From Anaerolineae bacterium (lineage in GTDB: Bacteria > Chloroflexota > Anaerolineae > DUEN01): DNA of 14,292 nt. The notes below the pieces were generated by a model, which was not told the origin of the DNA, made no database searches, and saw nothing but the letters and a program-made list of their open reading frames with translations. The stretch covers positions 1 through 14,292 of the forward strand of contig DAOUAJ010000382.1 of assembly GCA_034433615.1 (NCBI GenBank), in the 5' to 3' direction. Below, piece after piece: positions 13,013-14,292 of the stretch. The position numbers and the translations under genes are program-made. The stretch's first letter is position 1. Each line of letters starts with the position of its first letter.

Positions 13013-14017
13013 ATGGCGAAGGCAAAGATAACAATCGTAGGTCTGGGGCTTGTAGGTAGCTCCATCGGGATGGCTCTGCGTCGGGGCGAGCGCGATTTTG
13101 AGGTGACCGGCCACGACCGGGATCCGAAGGTGGCAGCAGCGGCTCATAAAGCCGGCGCGGTGGATCGCACAGAGTGGAACCTGATTCACGCGTGCGAAAA
13201 TGCATCTCTCATCATCCTGGCCTTGCCGATGATGGCGATTCGCGAGACAATGGAGGCTATCGCCAGTTATCTCAAGCCTGGCTGCGTCGTCACTGATACA
13301 GCCAGCATCAAAGTGCCCGTGCTGCAATGGGCTCAGGAGATTTTGCCGGATACGGTTCACTTCGTCGGCGGTAACCCGGTAATGAACAGCCCAGAAGGCC
13401 TCACAGGGGTCGAGGCGGCCTCGGCAGACCTGCTGCGCGGGGCCATCTACTGCCTGTGCCCTACGTCCACCACTGCCCCTGCAGCCGTACGGGTAGCCGC
13501 AGACCTGGTCAGCCGGCTCGAGGCGCAGCCACTCTTCCTGGACGCTGGAGAGCATGATGGCCTGGCAGCGGGCGTGGATCACCTGCCGGCCGTCCTGGCG
13601 GCTGTCCTCCTGGAAACGACGGCCCTGACTGCTCCGTGGCGGGAGATGCGCAAGCTGGCGGGGGGACAATACCAGGCCGTCACCCATTTCGTGTCCGGCG
13701 ATCCTGCCACCTATTGCGATGCTATCCTGGCCAACCGTGAGAACGTCGTCCGTTGGATCGACACCTTTATCGCCAACTTGCAACAGTGGCGTCAAAGAGT
13801 GGCAGATGGTCGGGGTGATGTCCTGGCAGAATCCTTCCAACGGGCGTTCGAGGCACGCGATCAGTGGCAACGGGAGAAGGCCGAGGGCCGCTGGGATGAA
13901 CGGGAGCGGATCAGCATGGAAGAAATCGGCGGTGGCTGGCGTGGGCTATTGGGCATCAGGGGGCGGCCTCACCAACCGGAAAGGACGGGAAGCAAGAGAG
14001 GTGAGAGCTATCGGTGA
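13013..14017 (+). CDS. tyrA: Prephenate/arogenate dehydrogenase (TyrA family), 334 aa
   Basis: N-terminal Rossmann motif KITIVGLGLVGSSIGMAL with HDRD. The TyrA-type core IILALPMMAIRETMEAI...GCVVTDTASIK. The SD GAAGGGA lies 3 nt upstream of ATG 13013. The track's 12689 start is an upstream extension that overlaps the M50 gene. Confidence 0.8.
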   Translation: MAKAKITIVGLGLVGSSIGMALRRGERDFEVTGHDRDPKVAAAAHKAGAVDRTEWNLIHACENASLIILALPMMAIRETMEAIASYLKPGCVVTDTASIKVPVLQWAQEILPDTVHFVGGNPVMNSPEGLTGVEAASADLLRGAIYCLCPTSTTAPAAVRVAADLVSRLEAQPLFLDAGEHDGLAAGVDHLPAVLAAVLLETTALTAPWREMRKLAGGQYQAVTHFVSGDPATYCDAILANRENVVRWIDTFIANLQQWRQRVADGRGDVLAESFQRAFEARDQWQREKAEGRWDERERISMEEIGGGWRGLLGIRGRPHQPERTGSKRGESYR

Positions 14018-14054
14018 TCAGCTTTCAGCCAGCCTGCTGATAGCTGAAAGCTGA
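14018..14054 (+). other. Perfect 12-bp stem hairpin TCAGCTTTCAGC, 13-nt loop, GCTGAAAGCTGA, immediately after the tyrA stop. No U-tract
   Basis: Seen directly. Its 3' arm forms the first units of the heptamer array at 14034-14077. Confidence 0.55.
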
Positions 14055-14077
14055 CCGCTAACTGCTGAAGGCTGACA
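14034..14077 (+). repeat. Tandem heptamer array nnGCTGA x6 (ctGCTGA taGCTGA aaGCTGA ccGCTaA ctGCTGA agGCTGA), ending 20 nt before ATG 14098
   Basis: Seen directly. It is the same motif, period and orientation relative to the downstream gene as the array at 10884-10932. Confidence 0.75.
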
Positions 14078-14097
14078 GTTAACAGGAGGAAAATCCC

Positions 14098-14292
14098 ATG
14101 CTTGAGTCTCTTTCTCACGCCCGGGTGGGACGTTCCCGGCGCATCTCCAGCTACGACGTCACCGGTCGCAACCGCGACGCCTGGCCGGTGGAGGCCGGCG
14201 AGACGAAGACGCTGGCCGACATCCAGGGTGCTGGCGTCATCCGGCATATCTGGTTCACCATCGCCTGCGATTCACCGCCGCCGGAGGACTCC
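14098..14292 (+). CDS. 5' end of a protein-coding gene (65 codons to the window edge), possibly DUF2961/GH172-like
   Basis: The SD AGGAGG lies 9 nt upstream of ATG 14098. The frame is open to the window edge and is missing from the ORF track because it has no stop. SSYDVTGRNRDAWPVEAGETKTLADIQGAGVIRHIWFT resembles the DUF2961 N-terminus from memory, with low certainty. Confidence 0.55.
   Translation, partial: MLESLSHARVGRSRRISSYDVTGRNRDAWPVEAGETKTLADIQGAGVIRHIWFTIACDSPPPEDS

Noticed and set aside
1-14292. CRISPR arrays, transposases, integrases, rRNA
   Set aside because: No spacer-repeat periodicity and no IS-like inverted terminal repeats with a transposase ORF. The only RNA gene is tRNA-Pro.

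Overview
This window is a high-G+C bacterial chromosomal segment. Its regulatory features (a GAAC-N4-GTTC LexA-type box, a PdtaS/PdtaR-like two-component pair, and a Ppm1-like synthase next to a PMT-family transferase) suggest a Chloroflexi- or Actinobacteria-like host. All calls below come from reading the sequence by hand, with no tools.

The provided ORF track omits ORFs that run off the window edges. Hand translation shows one uninterrupted minus-strand frame from 2480 to 1, and a plus-strand ORF from 14098 to the window end.

Gene content in order:
- A three-gene minus-strand glycosylation module: a GT2 polyprenyl-phosphate sugar synthase, a PMT_2/ArnT-like GT-C transferase, and a YfhO-like GT-C transferase (partial, 826 or more codons). 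The YfhO-like gene carries a heptanucleotide-repeat insertion encoding a Pro/Ser/Arg-rich loop.
- A cytosolic GAF/PAS plus HisKA_2 histidine kinase and an ANTAR response regulator (PdtaS/PdtaR-like pair).
- tRNA-Pro(GGG) with its own promoter.
- A roughly 2.3 kb segment of visibly lower G+C (7619-9922). It holds an 84-codon gene behind an unusually elaborate leader: two near-consensus sigma70 promoters, a perfect GAAC-N4-GTTC palindrome overlapping promoter P1, two tandem 20-bp hairpin repeats and a strong Shine-Dalgarno sequence. A convergent SPFH/band-7 membrane protein follows. The segment ends exactly where a GT4 glycosyltransferase gene is cut off after its EAMA motif.
- A GalE-like epimerase cotranscribed with that truncated GT4, an M50 metalloprotease, prephenate dehydrogenase, and a partial DUF2961-like gene at the right edge.

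The most interesting non-genic signals:
- The candidate SOS-controlled small-gene cassette described above.
- Two arrays of the same (GCTGANN)n heptamer repeat sitting just upstream of two unrelated genes, in the same orientation relative to each.
- Heptamer microrepeats inside the YfhO-like coding sequence that could act as a frameshift switch.
- An interleaved inverted-repeat cluster between divergent promoters at about 12.04-12.16 kb.

No CRISPR array, transposase or integrase is visible.
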